Source of the DNA: Azolla caroliniana
Taxonomy: Eukaryota; Plantae; Polypodiophyta
Reading direction: 5' to 3'
Length of the DNA: 64,000 bases
NCBI GenBank assembly: GCA_043228905.1
Contig: JBHGNT010000012.1
Coordinates: forward strand, 4,898,001-4,962,000
In this document: positions 63,297 to 64,000 of the stretch, one piece after another
Layout of the letters: the number at the start of each line of letters is the position of its first letter
Position numbering within the stretch: position 1 is the first letter of the stretch
Translations under genes and position numbers: made by a program
The notes under the pieces: model-generated
Database searches by the model: none
Seen by the model: only the letters and a program-made list of their open reading frames with translations
What the model was told of the DNA's origin: nothing

Positions 63297-63768
63297 ATGG
63301 CGACGACGACGACGACACTCTCCTGGTCTCCTGGTGGTGGTAAGCCATTTCTAGGGTTTATTTCTCTGCCTTCCTCCCCCTGTACTTGTGCGTGTCTTTG
63401 TTTGTTGACGTAGTAGCAGCTATAATTGGGGTGTTTTAGGGTTTCTCTCTGTCTCTCTTGACGTCTACTACATGTGTAATGGTAGCAGCTCAATTCATGA
63501 GCCTTTATCACAGCTTCCGGCCATCGCGAACCTGTCTCTCGCAGGGACTGGTGTCGCCTAAACGCTTCCGAATCACGTCTCTGGCTCCATTGAATGCAGA
63601 CGAAATAACAACAGCAAGAGCTTCTTCTCCATCATCTTCCTTCAGTTTCCATGGCACGGCTTTGACGCTCGTCTCAGGTGTTCTCATCGGATTTCACTTG
63701 CTGATCTCTCCCCCAAGCTATGGTGTTGATGCTCTGCAGACTTGCGTCTGCCTTCTCAAAGAATGCAG
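63297..63768 (+). CDS. VDE: Violaxanthin de-epoxidase, 5' part (exons 63297-63339 and 63486/63489-63768; continues beyond the window)
   Basis: S/T-rich transit peptide and hydrophobic lumen signal, followed by VDALQTCVCLLKECR, which matches the mature VDE N-terminus VDALKTCACLLKGCR. GT donor at 63769. Confidence 0.85.
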
Positions 63769-64000
63769 GTTAGCTTTCCTGGATCAAACGTCAACATCTT
63801 GTGTCTTTTGTGCTGGATTTCAGAATAATCATTGCAATATTTACAAAACCTATTAATTTCCTCTATCGTAAATGACCTTGTATAGAAACAAATTGATTTT
63901 TCGATCTCTACTAGAGGCCAAAACTGATTAAGCATGTACAAGAGCATATGTATTTTAGGTATCCTGAATAAAAGAAAACGACAAGATATATATGCACAGA

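Overview
This is nuclear DNA from a land plant; the element types suggest a fern or other non-seed plant, which is an inference. About 70% of the window is transposon-derived. From left to right: (1) 1-16.9 kb: a decayed minus-strand Ty3/Gypsy element (A) split by a complete 11.4-kb Gypsy element (B; LTRs 2721-3286 and 13536-14102, TSD ACCCC, tRNA-Asp PBS). B's polyprotein carries a second aspartic protease after the integrase, and B has an extra 3' ORF. (2) An intact 8-exon RBP47B'-like RNA-binding gene with three RRM domains (21377-28927). (3) LINE and hAT fragments and microsatellites (30-41 kb). (4) A 21.7-kb Mutator-like element with TIRs, inserted in a (CA)n tract (about 41350-63105). 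It holds an intact spliced zinc-finger/Ulp1-protease gene, a decayed MULE transposase, and a nested pair of related tRNA-Trp-primed Gypsy elements (C and D, 4-bp TSDs). D has a -1 frameshift/pseudoknot signal after the protease; C retains a mutated copy of it. (5) The 5' end of violaxanthin de-epoxidase (VDE/NPQ1), starting about 190 bp from the MULE end. All calls come from reading the sequence by eye; no searches were run.
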